Shown here piece after piece: positions 10,908 to 19,852 of a stretch of 64,000 nucleotides of DNA. Location of the stretch: contig JBEKCH010000006.1 of the NCBI GenBank assembly GCA_050014975.1, positions 4,500 through 68,499 of the forward strand. Direction: 5' to 3'. Every line of letters begins with the position of its first letter. Position 1 is the first letter of the stretch. Position numbers and translations under genes: made by a program. The notes under the pieces are model-generated. The model was not told the DNA's origin and did no database searches. It saw only the letters and a list, made by a program, of their open reading frames with translations. The DNA comes from Candidatus Limnocylindrales bacterium. GTDB taxonomy: Bacteria > Chloroflexota > Limnocylindria > Limnocylindrales > CSP1-4.

Positions 10908-11285
10908 ATGGACGACCGACAGGCTCACACCGAACCGCAGGCTGCCGCGGCCGACGGGTCGCTGCGCCAGGGCGGCGACCCGCTCACCGTCAGCCACGGC
11001 GTGATCGTCGAGATGGTCCGCGTCGCGGCGCTGGAGGTACCCGGGGTGCTCAAGGTGACGCGAGCCGGACCGCTGCGCTGGCTGGCCGGCTCGCCAGTGC
11101 GAGCCCGCATCGTGGACGGGCGCGCTTCCGTGCGCGTGTGGATCGTGGCCCGGCCCGGTCATCCGCTCGCGCCGCTGGCCGCCCAGGTACGTCAGGCGGT
11201 CGGCGCGACGATCGTGCGCCTGCTCGGCCTCGAGCTCGGCGAGGTGACGGTGGTCGTCGACGGGGTGGGGGGCTGGGGCTCGTGA
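10908..11285 (+). CDS. Asp23/Gls24-family envelope stress protein
   Basis: 125 aa. VIVEMVRVAALEVPGVLKV and GEVTVVVDGV are typical of the Asp23 family. The position upstream of nusB matches the yqhY-nusB arrangement of Firmicutes. Confidence 0.72.
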   Translation: MDDRQAHTEPQAAAADGSLRQGGDPLTVSHGVIVEMVRVAALEVPGVLKVTRAGPLRWLAGSPVRARIVDGRASVRVWIVARPGHPLAPLAAQVRQAVGATIVRLLGLELGEVTVVVDGVGGWGS

Positions 11286-11788
11286 CCTGCTCCGCGGGCG
11301 ACGCGGGGCCTGGCAGCGGCTCGAGGGGCGGCTGGAAGCCGGCCGACGAGGTCGCCTCGCGCCGGCTCGCACGCCGGCTTGCGCTGGTGTCCCTGTTCGA
11401 GGCCGAGTTCGGGCAGCGAACCGCCGCGTCCATCCTGGAACGGCATCTGGCCGAGACCGAGGCCGACGAGCCTGCCGCCGAATTCGCCCGACGGCTCGTC
11501 GTGATCGTCGTCGAGAACCGCGACCGGATAGACGCGTTGATCGAGCAGGTCGCGCCTCAGTATCCGGTCGTGCAGCTGGCCCGCATGGACCGAACTCTGC
11601 TGCGTAGCGGCATCGGCGAGGTGCTACACTCCGGCACGCCGTCCCGGGTGGCGATTGCCGAATGGGTCGAGCTGGCTCGCACCTACAGTGGCGAACCGGC
11701 CCGCCGTCTTGTCAACGGCGTACTCGGGAGGATCGCTCGCGACTCCGTCGCCGGTGCGCACCGCGCCCCGGAGCCGGGGCAGCGGTAA
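11282..11788 (+). CDS. nusB: transcription antitermination factor NusB
   Basis: Start placed at GTG 11282 (GTGA overlap with the asp23 stop). RRLALVSLFEAEF, RMDRTLLRSGIGEVL, EWVELARTYSGEPARRLVNGVLGRI. Confidence 0.85.
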   Translation: MTCSAGDAGPGSGSRGGWKPADEVASRRLARRLALVSLFEAEFGQRTAASILERHLAETEADEPAAEFARRLVVIVVENRDRIDALIEQVAPQYPVVQLARMDRTLLRSGIGEVLHSGTPSRVAIAEWVELARTYSGEPARRLVNGVLGRIARDSVAGAHRAPEPGQR

Positions 11789-11827
11789 CCGTCAATCGCA
11801 AGCCCAAGGAACCCGAGGAGGGCGTCA

Positions 11828-12064
11828 GTGGCCACAACCTACGAGCGACTCAAGAAGATCGTCGTCGAGCAGCTGGGCGTCGACGAGGACGAGGTGAAGC
11901 CGGAAGCTTCGTTCGTCGACGATCTGAATGCCGATTCGCTCGACCTCGTCGAGCTGATCATGAGCCTCGAGGAAGAATTCGGAACCGAGATCTCCGACGA
12001 AGACGCCGAGAAGATCCGGACCGTGCAGGATGCCGTCGACTACATCGACGAGCACGCGGCCTAG
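11828..12064 (+). CDS. acpP: acyl carrier protein
   Basis: 78 aa. Phosphopantetheine attachment motif [24 protein letters not shown]. Confidence 0.96.
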   Translation: MATTYERLKKIVVEQLGVDEDEVKPEASFVDDLNADSLDLVELIMSLEEEFGTEISDEDAEKIRTVQDAVDYIDEHAA

Positions 12065-12079
12065 CCCGCTCCTCGACTG

Positions 12080-12997
12080 ATGCGCCCCGCGGCCGCCCTC
12101 GCCGAGCGGCTGGGGCTGCCGGTTCGTGACCTCGACCTGCTGCAACAGGCTCTGATCCACAGCAGCTACCTGCACGAACATCGTGACCTGGCCGTCGGCC
12201 ACAACGAGCGCCTCGAGTTTCTCGGCGACTCCGTCGTGAGCCTGGCGATTTCGGACGCCCTCTACCGTGGCCATCCTGACGACGACGAGGGCGTTCTCTC
12301 CGCTCGGCGAGCCTCGATCGTCAGCACCGCCGGCCTGGCTCGTCTCGCCGGCCGCCTCTCGCTCGGCGACTACCTGCTCCTTGGCGAGGGCGAGTCCCAG
12401 CGTGGCGGGCGGCGCAGGCCGGCTCTGCTGGCCTCAGCCTTCGAAGCCGTCGTCGGGGCCCTGTATCTGGATCTCGGGTACGAGGCGGCCGGCGGCTTCG
12501 TGGTTTCGCTGGCCACTCCGGAGTTGACCTCCGATCGGCCCCTGGGCGCCCTCAAGAGTCCCAAGAGCCGGCTCCAGGAGTTCACCCAGCGGCTTTCCCG
12601 CGAGCGCCCGCAGTATCGCCTGGTGGATGCCGTCGGGCCGGACCACGACAAGGTGTTCCGCGTGGAGGTCGCGGTGGGCGGCCGCGTCATAGGGGTGGGG
12701 GAGGGACACTCGCGGCGGCTGGCCGAGACGGCCGCAGCGGCGCGGGCCATAGAGGCCCTGCGCGAGTCCCCCGGCGAACTGGCCGGTCAGACGGAGGGGG
12801 CCCCCGAGCTGCTTGCCTTCGGGCCGGCTGAGGGCGAGCCCGGAGCCGAAGACGGTCACGAGTGGGAGGCCTTTGGCAAGCCGGTGTATCCCGGCCGCGA
12901 GCCCTGGGTCGAGTTCGATTTCGAGTTGCCCGGATTGGCTGCCCCGGAGAAGCGGCCGGACGACCCCGAAAGTGGCGCGCCCGGTGACCGCCGGTGA
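12080..12997 (+). CDS. rnc: ribonuclease III with an acidic C-terminal extension
   Basis: 305 aa. RNase III signature NERLEFLGDSV, second catalytic block AFEAVVGALYLD, dsRBD (KSRLQEFTQ...GEGHSRRLAETAAA). About 75 extra acidic residues follow the dsRBD. Confidence 0.93.
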   Translation: MRPAAALAERLGLPVRDLDLLQQALIHSSYLHEHRDLAVGHNERLEFLGDSVVSLAISDALYRGHPDDDEGVLSARRASIVSTAGLARLAGRLSLGDYLLLGEGESQRGGRRRPALLASAFEAVVGALYLDLGYEAAGGFVVSLATPELTSDRPLGALKSPKSRLQEFTQRLSRERPQYRLVDAVGPDHDKVFRVEVAVGGRVIGVGEGHSRRLAETAAAARAIEALRESPGELAGQTEGAPELLAFGPAEGEPGAEDGHEWEAFGKPVYPGREPWVEFDFELPGLAAPEKRPDDPESGAPGDRR

Positions 12998-13064
12998 TGC
13001 TGAGGTTCCGGGGCCTCCGCCCAAGGGCTGTCGCTGACGACCGCGGCGGAGGGACGCGATCCCG

Positions 13065-16000
13065 ATGACCGCGCCTGCCCGCCTGCTGGCGCTCCGCCTG
13101 CAGGGTTTCAAGTCTTTCGGGGAGAGAACCGTTGTCGAGTTCGGGCCCGGCATCAGCGCCGTGGTGGGACCCAACGGCTCGGGTAAGAGCAATCTCGCCG
13201 ACGCTTTGCGCTGGGCGCTGGGCGAGCAGGGCAAAGCCCTGCGCCTGCGGAAGTCCGAAGATGTCATCTTCGTCGGGTCCGAGAAGCGGTCCGCCCTGGG
13301 CATGGCCGATGTCACGCTCGTCCTGGGCAACGCCGACAGGCTGCTGCCGATCGACTACGCGACGGTGGAGCTGGGCCGGCGGCTCTTCCGCTCCGGCGAG
13401 AACGACTACCTGCTGAACAGGCAGCGCGTCCGGCTCAAGGACCTCGTCGATCTGCTCGACGCCGCCCACCTGGCCGACAACGCCTTCCTGTTCATCGGCC
13501 AGGGGATGGTCGATCAAGCGCTCGCCCTGCGCCCCGAAGAGCGGCGGCCGCTGTTCGAGGAGGTTGCCGGGGTGCGACGCCACGAGCGGCGCAAGGCCCG
13601 GGCCGAAGGCCAGCTGGCCGAGGCGGAGGCCAACCTGGCGCGGGTCGAGGACGTGCTGGCCGAACTGCGGCCCCAGGCGCGCCGGCTGGCGGCCCAGGCC
13701 GAACAGCAGGCTTCGCGGCAGACGGCCGGACTGGAGTACGGCCGAGCGATCATCGCCGTCGCTCGGGCGCGATGGGTCGAGGCGGCCGGGCGGTCGAAAG
13801 AGGCCGATCGGCGGCTGCGCACCGCTCGGACCGAGGCGGACGCGTCGCTGACGGCCCTGCGCGAGGCTGAGGCTCGGGCGGCCACGGTCGCGCGCGATCT
13901 AGCGTCCAGGTCCGAGACGGAGGCCGAAAGGCGGGCGGCGCATGAAGCGGCCCGTGATGTACTCACGGAGCTGCAGCTGCGGGACGCGCGCGCGGCCGGC
14001 AACGCGGCCGGGGTCCTGCGCGACCGGGGCCGCCTGGAGAGCGAGCTGGCCTCTGCCGAGGCGGATCTGGCCATCCAGCGGCGCGAGCTGGCAGGTCCGG
14101 TTCTTACCCGCGATCTGGCGCTGTCTGAGGCTCTGGCCGAAGCCGACCGTGCGCTGGCCGAGGCGCTCGAAGAGCTGGGCGCGATACGTGCCGCGAGGCA
14201 AGCCGAAGGCGACGCTCTCGCGGCGCTGCGGCGCGTGGAAACGGCCCGGGCGGCAGAGCTGGAGACGGCACGGCGGCGGCTGGGCGAGGCCTCGCGGGCG
14301 GCTGCAGCTGAGCGGGCCGAAGCCGAGCTGGCGGCCCGCCGGCTGGCGGAAACCGAGGCCGCCTGCGCGGGCCCGCGAGCGGCGGCGCTGGCCGCGACCG
14401 AGGCTGAGAAGGAGGCGGTGGCCGCGCGCGAGAAGGCGCGGGCGGAACTGGAGGCGCTCGAGGGAGCGCGACAGGCGGCAGCCGACCGAGCCGGCTCGAC
14501 GGCCAGCAAGGTGGCCAGCCTGCAAGGGCGCCTCGAGGCGGTCCAGGCGCAGCTGGCCGGTGAAGCGGCTCGCGGCATCGCCAGAGCTGCGAGGCGTCTC
14601 GGCGGGAAGCCGCTGGCGGAGGGGCTGGAGGTGGAGGCCGGGTTCCGGGTTGCCGTGGAGGCTGCCCTGGGCGAGGCGCTGCGCGGCTACGTCATCGGCC
14701 GGGAAGGCGTGCTGGGTCTCGAAGGCCAGCGCGGAACCGTGGTCCTGGAGAGTGGCGATGGGGGAGCGGCGAGCGCGGCAAGTGGCACGGCCGCCGTGGC
14801 AAGTGGTGCGGTCGGCGCGCACGACGGCGGGCGTGCTGCCGAAAGGGCGGCCGGACGCGCGGCCGCGGAGGCCACCGAGGCGGCGGTTGCGGCTGCCTCG
14901 AGCCACGGCGGCGGCAAGCTTGTGGACGCCATCCGCGTCGACACGAACGGCGCGGCGCTGCGGCTCCTCGCCCGCACCATCTGGCTGCCGGACCTGAACG
15001 CGGCGCTGGCCGTTCAGCCACGGCTGCCTGCGGGCTGGATCGCGGTCACGCGCGACGGAGCGGTGGTGACGGCGGCGGGCGTGGTGACGATGGGACGCTC
15101 GGAGTCGCTGCTCGATCGACGCGCGGAGGTGGAGCGCCTCGGTGAAGAAGCCGCGCGCATGGTGGTTGACGCTCGGGCGGCGGCGACCGAGGCAGACAGC
15201 GCCACGTGGAGCGCCGCGGCCGCGCGCGCCGCGCTGGACGCTGCTCGCGATGCGGAGCGCCGGGCTGGAGCGGCTCGACGGGAGGCCGAGGAAGCGGAGA
15301 GGCGCGCGGCGCGCGAGCTGGAGAGCGTGGCCCGGGAGGCGGCCTGGCTATCGGCCCAGGCGGCGCGCGCGGAGGCGGAGCAGGACCGCCTGGCCGCCGC
15401 GGCACGCCAGGCGGAGGCGGGGATCGCGGAGGCGGCGGGCACGGGGGCGGCGGGCACGGGGGCGGCGGAGGGCGCCTCTTCCCTCGATTCCGAACAGGCC
15501 AGCGCCTTGCGGCAGTGGGAAGCCCGGGCAGCTGCCTTGCGCTCACGCCGCGACCGGCTTGCCGGCGAGGAGGCCACCTTCGAGGCCACTCGCCGCGAGG
15601 CGGAGAACCGGCGTGCCCGCGCGGCCGCGGCCGCCGAGCTCGATCAGGCTCGCATGGCCCAGCTGGAGCGCCAGATGGCCGAGCTCGTCGTGCGTGAGCG
15701 GAGCCTCGCGGCGGAGCGCGAGGGGCTCGGCGAGGAGCTGGCCGCAGCCACCCTGCGCGATGCCGCCGCCCGGGCCGAGCTGGACGAGATCCGCAGTGCC
15801 GGGGCGGTGGCCCGAGCGCAACTGGCCGACGCGGAAGCCGCCGCCGCGCAGTCGCGCGAGCGCTTGCGGGTCTGTCAGGATCGGGTGCGCAGCGCCGAGG
15901 TGGCAGAGCTGGAGGCGCGCCTCGTGCTCGATGCCATTCGGGAGCAGGTTCTGGTGGAGCTTGCCGGTCTCGGCGATCTCGGTCTGCGCCTGCTCGCCGG

Positions 16001-16865
16001 CGAAGGCCACCCGGACGACGAGGACGGCAAGACCGCCCCGGCAGACGGCACTCCCCGCGAGACGGCCGAGGAAGGCGTTGACGAATCCGCGGCCGACTCG
16101 CTCGAAGAAGCCCTCGCATCGGCCGCGGAGCGCTGGGCCCGAGGTCCCGCCATCGAGCCGCCGGCGCCTACTCGCCTGGCCGTCCTGCGACGCCGCTTCC
16201 ACGAGCTCGGCGCTCCGAACCCGTTCGCGGCCGAGGAGCACCAGACCGTCAAGGCCCGCCTGGATGGCCTCGAGAGGCAGCGCGCCGATCTCACCGCTGC
16301 GATCGCCAGGACGCGAGCCCTGATCGAGCAGTTGAACACGATGATCTCCAGCCAGTTCCGGTCGACATTCCAGGCGTTGGAGATGGCCTTTGGCTCGCGC
16401 TTCCGCCAGCTCTTCGGCGGCGGCTTTGCCCGCCTCAGCCTGACCGACCCGGAGGATCTGGCCGCTACCGGGATCGAGATCGTGGCCCGGCCGCCCGGCA
16501 AGAAGGCCCAGCCGCTGAGCATGCTCTCGGGTGGTGAGCGGGCGCTGACGGCCGTGGCCCTGCTGTTCGCCATGCTCGAGGTCCACCCAGTTCCGTTCTG
16601 CGTGCTGGACGAGGTCGACGCGGCCCTGGACGAGGCCAACATCGGCAGGTTTGCGGAGGCTCTCCGAGGACTCGCGGATCGCACGCAGTTCATCGTGATC
16701 ACTCACAATCGCGGCACGATCGAGAGCGCCGACGCTCTCTACGGCGTGACCGTCAGCGACGACGCCGTGAGTCGGGTCATCAGCCTGCGCCTTGAGGAGG
16801 CCCGCGAGATGGCGGATCGGGTGTCGCGCGAGAACGACGCGGCGACCGCCGCCCCGGGGAGCTGA
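13065..16865 (+). CDS. smc: chromosome segregation ATPase SMC
   Basis: 1266 aa. Walker A GPNGSGKSN, long Ala/Arg/Glu coiled coils, central hinge, signature LSGGERALTAVALLFAM, Walker B FCVLDEVDAALD. Confidence 0.96.
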   Translation: MTAPARLLALRLQGFKSFGERTVVEFGPGISAVVGPNGSGKSNLADALRWALGEQGKALRLRKSEDVIFVGSEKRSALGMADVTLVLGNADRLLPIDYATVELGRRLFRSGENDYLLNRQRVRLKDLVDLLDAAHLADNAFLFIGQGMVDQALALRPEERRPLFEEVAGVRRHERRKARAEGQLAEAEANLARVEDVLAELRPQARRLAAQAEQQASRQTAGLEYGRAIIAVARARWVEAAGRSKEADRRLRTARTEADASLTALREAEARAATVARDLASRSETEAERRAAHEAARDVLTELQLRDARAAGNAAGVLRDRGRLESELASAEADLAIQRRELAGPVLTRDLALSEALAEADRALAEALEELGAIRAARQAEGDALAALRRVETARAAELETARRRLGEASRAAAAERAEAELAARRLAETEAACAGPRAAALAATEAEKEAVAAREKARAELEALEGARQAAADRAGSTASKVASLQGRLEAVQAQLAGEAARGIARAARRLGGKPLAEGLEVEAGFRVAVEAALGEALRGYVIGREGVLGLEGQRGTVVLESGDGGAASAASGTAAVASGAVGAHDGGRAAERAAGRAAAEATEAAVAAASSHGGGKLVDAIRVDTNGAALRLLARTIWLPDLNAALAVQPRLPAGWIAVTRDGAVVTAAGVVTMGRSESLLDRRAEVERLGEEAARMVVDARAAATEADSATWSAAAARAALDAARDAERRAGAARREAEEAERRAARELESVAREAAWLSAQAARAEAEQDRLAAAARQAEAGIAEAAGTGAAGTGAAEGASSLDSEQASALRQWEARAAALRSRRDRLAGEEATFEATRREAENRRARAAAAAELDQARMAQLERQMAELVVRERSLAAEREGLGEELAAATLRDAAARAELDEIRSAGAVARAQLADAEAAAAQSRERLRVCQDRVRSAEVAELEARLVLDAIREQVLVELAGLGDLGLRLLAGEGHPDDEDGKTAPADGTPRETAEEGVDESAADSLEEALASAAERWARGPAIEPPAPTRLAVLRRRFHELGAPNPFAAEEHQTVKARLDGLERQRADLTAAIARTRALIEQLNTMISSQFRSTFQALEMAFGSRFRQLFGGGFARLSLTDPEDLAATGIEIVARPPGKKAQPLSMLSGGERALTAVALLFAMLEVHPVPFCVLDEVDAALDEANIGRFAEALRGLADRTQFIVITHNRGTIESADALYGVTVSDDAVSRVISLRLEEAREMADRVSRENDAATAAPGS
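15435..15464 (+). repeat. perfect 15-nt tandem duplication inside smc
   Basis: GCGGGCACGGGGGCG x2, encoding AGTGA-AGTGA in the coiled-coil region. Confidence 0.9.
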
Positions 16866-16868
16866 CCG

Positions 16869-17960
16869 GTGTTCCATTTCCGGAAGCCGAGCCAGCCCAA
16901 GGAGGAACCCGGGGTCGAGCAGGCTCCCGACTCGGCCGCGCTGGAACCGCTGGTCCACCCGCCGGCCGGGCCGGCAAGCGGAGCTGCCGCGATTGAACCT
17001 GTCGCCGACCTCTCGGCCGTCGTACCATCGGCCGACCTGGCGGTGTCCGCGCCGGCAGGGCCGGAAGAGGCCCCGGGTGACCTGACCGAAGGGCTGCAGA
17101 AGAGCCGGGGCGGCTTCATGTCGCGCCTGCGCGGCCTGCTCCGGAGCGGTCCCGCAGCGGCGGACTGGGATTCAGTCGAGGAGCAGCTCATTGCCGGTGA
17201 CGTGGGCGGCGCGCTTGCCGCCGAGGTGGTCGAGCGAGCCCGCACCCGCAAGGACGCCCCCACCGCCGAAGCCGCCGTCCGCGAGGAGCTGGCCGGCCTT
17301 CTCATCGCGAGCGATCCGGCCTGGCGCCCATCTCGGGCCACCGCCGCTCAACCGGCCGTTCTGCTGATCGTAGGCGTTAACGGCACGGGCAAGACCACGA
17401 CCATCGGCAAGCTCGCCCACCGCTACCGCGCCGAGGGAAGCTCCGTCCTGCTCGCCGCCGCCGACACGTTCCGCGCCGCCGCGATCGACCAGCTGCGCAT
17501 CTGGTCCGATCGGTCGGGCTGCCAGTTCGTGGCGCACGCCCCCGGCGCCGACCCTGCGGCCGTGGTCTACGACGCTATCGACGCCGCCGTCGCCCGGCAC
17601 GTAGACATAGTCATCGCCGACACGGCCGGCCGCCTCCATACCAAGTCGAACCTGATGGACGAGCTGGCGAAGATGCGCCGCGTTATCGACCGCCGGCTGC
17701 CCGGCGCCAGGCCCGAAGTGCTATTCATCCTCGACGCCACCACCGGCCAGAACGGCCTGGCCCAGGCGAAGGTCTTCCACGAGACGGTGGGTCTCACCGG
17801 CATCGTCCTCACCAAGCTCGATTCGACCGCCAAGGGCGGCATCGTCTTCGCCATCGAGGACGCGCTCAAGGTCCCTGTTCGGTTCGTCGGGGTGGGGGAG
17901 AAGCTGGGCGACCTGCTGCCCTTTGATTCAGAGGCGTTCGTGGGCGCCCTCTTCGCCTGA
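16869..17960 (+). CDS. ftsY: signal recognition particle receptor FtsY
   Basis: 363 aa. Acidic/Pro-rich N-terminus, NG domain [32 protein letters not shown]. Confidence 0.95.
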   Translation: MFHFRKPSQPKEEPGVEQAPDSAALEPLVHPPAGPASGAAAIEPVADLSAVVPSADLAVSAPAGPEEAPGDLTEGLQKSRGGFMSRLRGLLRSGPAAADWDSVEEQLIAGDVGGALAAEVVERARTRKDAPTAEAAVREELAGLLIASDPAWRPSRATAAQPAVLLIVGVNGTGKTTTIGKLAHRYRAEGSSVLLAAADTFRAAAIDQLRIWSDRSGCQFVAHAPGADPAAVVYDAIDAAVARHVDIVIADTAGRLHTKSNLMDELAKMRRVIDRRLPGARPEVLFILDATTGQNGLAQAKVFHETVGLTGIVLTKLDSTAKGGIVFAIEDALKVPVRFVGVGEKLGDLLPFDSEAFVGALFA

Positions 17961-17963
17961 GGA

Positions 17964-17988
17964 GCCGGGCCGCCGCGGTCGGCCCGGC
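17964..17988 (+). terminator. GC-rich hairpin immediately after ftsY (no U-tract)
   Basis: GCCGGGCCG (17964-17972) pairs with CGGCCCGGC (17980-17988), 7-nt loop, 4 nt after the ftsY stop. Followed by CAGACG, so at best a non-canonical terminator. Confidence 0.3.
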
Positions 17989-18080
17989 CAGACGATCGGA
18001 CCAACGTCGCGCTGTCGGGCGAAAGGTCGCCGTTGGGGTCGTACGCGCGCCTGAGCCCAGCCGTCTTGCGCCGTGTTACT

Positions 18081-18150
18081 GCTCATCGTTGCCCGGGCTG
18101 CCACCAGGCTCCATTTGCGTCGATTTATCCGCTCATCTCCACCCGGGCTG
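18081..18150 (+). repeat. two 20-nt direct repeats with 50-nt period in the ftsY-ffh gap
   Basis: GCTCATCgttgCCCGGGCTG (18081-18100) and GCTCATCtccaCCCGGGCTG (18131-18150). A third GCTCATC lies at 18212-18218. CCACCCGG (18139-18146) is complementary to CCGGGTGG (18218-18225). Confidence 0.8.
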
Positions 18151-18506
18151 GCATCTTGAGAGAAACGACTGCCTCTAGGGCGGTAATCCCGGCCCCGTCC
18201 GACAAGTCGACGCTCATCCGGGTGGCGGTCTGGGGCAATGTGGCCTTGTTCGGGGTCCGCTGATCGCGTTGTGTCACGGCTGGTGGCATTGAGCAAGTCC
18301 TCGCCGGGCATGGCGCCGGTGCATGAAGGGCCGCACGACGCTCGCGTGTCGGCCGACAACGCGGCCGGCCCTGTGCCGGACCCACCCCTGTCCGCCCTGC
18401 CCGCGATGCGGTAGACTGCGCGAGCTTTCGGTGCCGCCAGAATCCGCGGCCCAACGCCGGTCCAGCCACCTCGGGCCGGCGAGATGGATCAGGAGTCCAG
18501 TCCACC

Positions 18507-19838
18507 ATGTTCGACGCGCTGAGCGAGCGGCTGCGCAAGACCCTCGGTGCCCTGACGGGCCGCGGGCGTGTCAGCGAGGCCGACGTCGACGCGGCCATGC
18601 GCGAAGTGCGCCTGGCGCTGCTCGAGGCGGACGTCAACTTCAAGGTCGTCAAGGACTTCGTGGCCCGCGTGCGCGAGCGCGCGACCGGCGCCGACATCCT
18701 GGAGAGCCTCACCGCCGGCCAGCAGGTCGTGAAGATCGTCAACGAGGAGCTGGTCGCGCTGCTGTCCGCCGGCGATCGGACCTTCCACCTGACGGGCTCG
18801 CCGGCAGTGGTCGTGCTCGTGGGTCTGCAGGGCTCGGGCAAGACGACCAGCGCCGCCAAGCTGGCGCGCCACATCGTCAAACAGGGCCGCCGGCCGATCC
18901 TCGTCGCCGCCGACCCGTATCGGCCGGCCGCCGCGGACCAGCTCGTGACCCTCGGCAAGTCGCTGGACGTGCCCGTCTACCGTGCCACCACCAGCGCGAC
19001 CGTCCTCGCGATCGCCAGGGGCGGCATGGAGGCCGCCCGCAAGCAGGTCCGCGACACCGTCATCCTGGATACGGCCGGCCGTCTCACCGTCGACGCTCCG
19101 TTGATGGCGGAGATCGCCGAGCTGACCGCCGCGCTCAAGCCCGCCGAGACGCTCCTCGTCGTCGACGCGATGACCGGCCAGGAAGCCGTCCACGTGGCGG
19201 AGGCGTTCGCGGCCGCCGTCCCGGTGACCGGTCTGGTCCTGACCAAGATCGACGGCGACGCGCGTGGCGGCGCTGCTCTCTCCATCAGCGCCGTGACCGG
19301 CCTGCCGGTCAAGTTCCTGGGCACCGGCGAGAAGACCGATGCCCTCGAGCCGTTCTACCCCGATCGTCTGGCCGGCCGGATCCTGGGCATGGGCGATGTC
19401 CTGACGCTCATCGAACGGGCCAAGGAAACCTACGACGAGAAGCAAGCGGCCCGCATGACCGAGAAGCTGCGCAAGAACAGCTTCACCCTGGAGGACATGC
19501 TCGAGCAGATGGAGCAGGTCCAGAAGATGGGGCCGATGGGTCAGCTGATCGAGATGATCCCGGGCCTGGGAGGGATGGCCAAGCAGGCCCAGGCCGCCGT
19601 GGACCGGGGCGACCTAAAGCACGTCCAGGCGATCATCCGGTCGATGACGCCCGAAGAACGGCGCGACCCGAACGTCCTGAACGGCTCGCGCCGGCGCCGC
19701 ATAGCGCAGGGATCCGGCACGCGCCTCCAGGACGTCAACCAACTCGTCAAGCAATTCTCCGAGCTTCAGAAGATGATGAAGCAGATGTCCGGCGGGCGGT
19801 TACCGCGACGCATTCCCGGCATGCCGGGGCAGGGTTGA
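18507..19838 (+). CDS. ffh: signal recognition particle protein Ffh
   Basis: 443 aa. GLQGSGKTTSAAKLA, DTAGRL, TKIDGDARGGAALS, Met-rich M domain (MEQVQKMGPMGQLIEMIPGLGGM). Confidence 0.97.
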   Translation: MFDALSERLRKTLGALTGRGRVSEADVDAAMREVRLALLEADVNFKVVKDFVARVRERATGADILESLTAGQQVVKIVNEELVALLSAGDRTFHLTGSPAVVVLVGLQGSGKTTSAAKLARHIVKQGRRPILVAADPYRPAAADQLVTLGKSLDVPVYRATTSATVLAIARGGMEAARKQVRDTVILDTAGRLTVDAPLMAEIAELTAALKPAETLLVVDAMTGQEAVHVAEAFAAAVPVTGLVLTKIDGDARGGAALSISAVTGLPVKFLGTGEKTDALEPFYPDRLAGRILGMGDVLTLIERAKETYDEKQAARMTEKLRKNSFTLEDMLEQMEQVQKMGPMGQLIEMIPGLGGMAKQAQAAVDRGDLKHVQAIIRSMTPEERRDPNVLNGSRRRRIAQGSGTRLQDVNQLVKQFSELQKMMKQMSGGRLPRRIPGMPGQG

Positions 19839-19852
19839 GAGGGAGGTCTCAC

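Noticed and set aside
13514-16958. Several 300-470-aa ORFs in other frames and on the other strand within smc, and the Ala/Arg/Glu codon periodicity that resembles tandem repeats
   Set aside because: The SMC head, hinge and signature motifs define the real frame. The repetitiveness is coiled-coil codon bias (GCG/GCC/GAG/CGC), not a CRISPR array or satellite. Only the 15-nt duplication at 15435 is a true repeat.
18033-18263. 76-aa TTG-start ORF inside the gap
   Set aside because: No SD, atypical codon usage for this genome by eye, and no motif apart from a lone CPGC. More likely non-coding.
17961-18506. The ftsY-ffh gap as SRP RNA, RNase P RNA, tmRNA or a ylxM gene
   Set aside because: On either strand I could not find the SRP domain IV motif (GGAA tetraloop flanked by AGCA), the RNase P GAGGAAAGTCC box, or a tmRNA T-arm/ACCA end. 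No frame gives a YlxM-like HTH. It is kept only as an unassigned gap in the findings.
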